64,000 nucleotides of DNA, taken from the NCBI RefSeq assembly GCF_018977255.1, contig NW_024704743.1, positions 106,518,001-106,582,000 on the forward strand. Reading direction: 5' to 3'. The translations under genes and the position numbers were made by a program. This document shows, piece by piece, positions 62,113-64,000 of this stretch. Under the pieces are notes generated by a model that saw nothing but the letters and a program-made list of their open reading frames with translations, was not told the origin of the DNA and did not search any database. Numbering within the stretch: position 1 is the first letter of the stretch; the number at the start of each line of letters is the position of its first letter. Source of the DNA: Callorhinchus milii. Lineage: Eukaryota.

Positions 62113-62689
62113 AAAGATTCTTTTTATTATTCTTATTCTTATTATTAATTCCACCTACTGTTCAGAATTCAAGTTTGTGAAAAATTGTGGAAAATATTTA
62201 AATTCACTCTTAATTTTTCTGCAGTTTTTAAAACTTACTGGCTTCCAAATTAGGCCTGTATTGAAGAATTTATCACAATTCTGAGCGATCTTACATTTTA
62301 AGACAAAATGATGTTAGTGGTTGAGACTAGGTAAAACATTTAAAAAAAAATTTGTGCTTAATAGAACACAGAAAAGCATAGTCATTTCTAATTACTACAT
62401 GATAATCTATAGTGACGCTCTACTATTGGATTCAGTAAATATGCAGTGCCATTATTACACACAGGATAACTCAAGTGAGAAATGTGTTGTGGGTTTTTAG
62501 TAGGCTTTCCATGTTACTGTGACGAGCCTTCTAGCACACAAAACATCCTAGGTCTGGGTATAATTGGAAACAGCATGATCCCTGGTTTAGAAATATGCTT
62601 TTGATATTGGCTGCACTTTAGACACCAGAAAATGAAAGATAGATAATAAGTTTTTAGGTGGAGTTATTATTTTTTGTTGTCATTGCTAA

Positions 62690-63600
62690 TCATAAAATTA
62701 TACAGCACAGAAGGAGGCCATTCTTTGAAAGAGCTTTCCAAATTAATTCCACTCCCCCACTCTCTCCCTATAGCCCTGCAAATTTGTCCTCCCCAAATAT
62801 CTATCTACTTCTCGCTTGAAAGTTGTTATCGAATCAGCTTCCACCACCCTTTCTGACAATGCATTCCAGATCTGAACAACTCGCTGTGTGAAAAAAATTC
62901 TCCTCACCTCTCCTCTGGTTCTTTTGGCAACTATTTTAAATCTGTGTCCTCTGGTTACCGACCCATCTGCCAGTGGAAACAGTTTCTCCTTGTTCACTCT
63001 ATTGAATCCCCACATAATTTTGAATACTCTTTTAAATCTCCCCTTAGCCTTCTCTGCTGCAAGGAGAATAATCCTAGCTTCTCTAACCTCTCCTCGAAAA
63101 TGAAGTCCCTCATTCTTGGTACCACCCTTGTAAATCTCCTTTGCACCCTCTCCAAGGCCTTGACATTCTTCCTAAAGTGTGGTACCCAGAACTGAACACA
63201 GTACTCTAATTGAGGCCGAGCCAGTGTTTTATAAAGGTTCAGCATAACCTCCTTACTTTTGTATTCTATGCCCCTATTTATAAAGCCTAGTATCCCGTGT
63301 CCCGTTTGAACAGCTTTATCTACCTGACCCACCACTTTCAAAGATTTGCTTATGTGGCCCCCCCAGGTCTGTTTGTTCCTGCACCCCCTTTAAGATTGTA
63401 TCATCTAGCTTTCAATTGCCTCTCCTCATTCTTCCTCCCTAAATGCATCTCAGCTTTAAATTTCATCTGCCATGTGTCTGCCCATTTCACCAGTCTGTCT
63501 ATGTCCTCTTGCAGTCTATTACTATCCTTCTCACTGTTTACTACTTTTCCTAGCTTTGTATCATCTTTTCCTAGCTTTGTATCATTTCTAGCTTTTCCTA
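62690..63600 (-). mobile_element. CR1 3' fragment
   Basis: Translation [41 protein letters not shown] and FTQRVVQIWNAL. Confidence 0.92.
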
Positions 63601-64000
63601 GCCTTGTAATATGTGCAGGATAATCTTCTATACTATATTTACAAGCCACCATTGTTACAGTCAAAGGAAAAGGAGAGAAAAAACTAGGAACACAATTTTT
63701 TTTTCAATTTAGACATTTTTTTTATCCCTACCATAAATACAAAGATCGCTCTCCTCTCTGTCGTGCTCGTCAACAATAATTGCTGGAGAAATCATTCTGT
63801 TTGACCAGATTCATCAGAATTTCTGTCCCAATCTTTTCATGGCAATTGGGAACTACGGTTCTGCAGAAATGGACAGGTGCACTCCACAAGGCATCTATCA
63901 CTGCCCAATTTTCCTGTTGATTGGTCATCATTAACTAAACGTGAACCATTACTACTAATTACCTCTCTGCACTGCACTGCACATCACCCTGGCAACCAGT

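Overview
Vertebrate genomic DNA. The repeat content (CR1, L2, tRNA-Ala/Deu-domain SINEs, Penelope-like remnants) suggests a cartilaginous fish, possibly a chimaera; this assignment is an inference. The window holds the conserved PLAG1-CHCHD7-SDR16C5-PENK block. It contains PLAG1 non-coding exon 1 and part of intron 1 (-), a bidirectional CpG promoter, a complete CHCHD7 (+, 85 aa, 3 coding exons), a complete SDR16C5/RDHE2-like retinol dehydrogenase (-, 305 aa) and a complete proenkephalin (-, 271 aa, seven YGGFM cores). Exon boundaries were read by hand from splice sites and reading frame. Most notable observations: (1) SDR16C5 has two intact 94-nt paralogous last exons, giving alternative C-termini; (2) PLAG1 exon 1 carries a 42-aa uORF in strong Kozak context that appears conserved; (3) a 1.39-kb LTR-type element with a 4-bp TSD and a tRNA-Ser-like PBS sits in the last SDR16C5 intron; (4) Penelope-like hairpin repeats carry decayed hammerhead-ribozyme cores; (5) CR1 elements are repeatedly nested inside SINEs. 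Most long ORFs in the track are translations of satellites or retroelement fragments.
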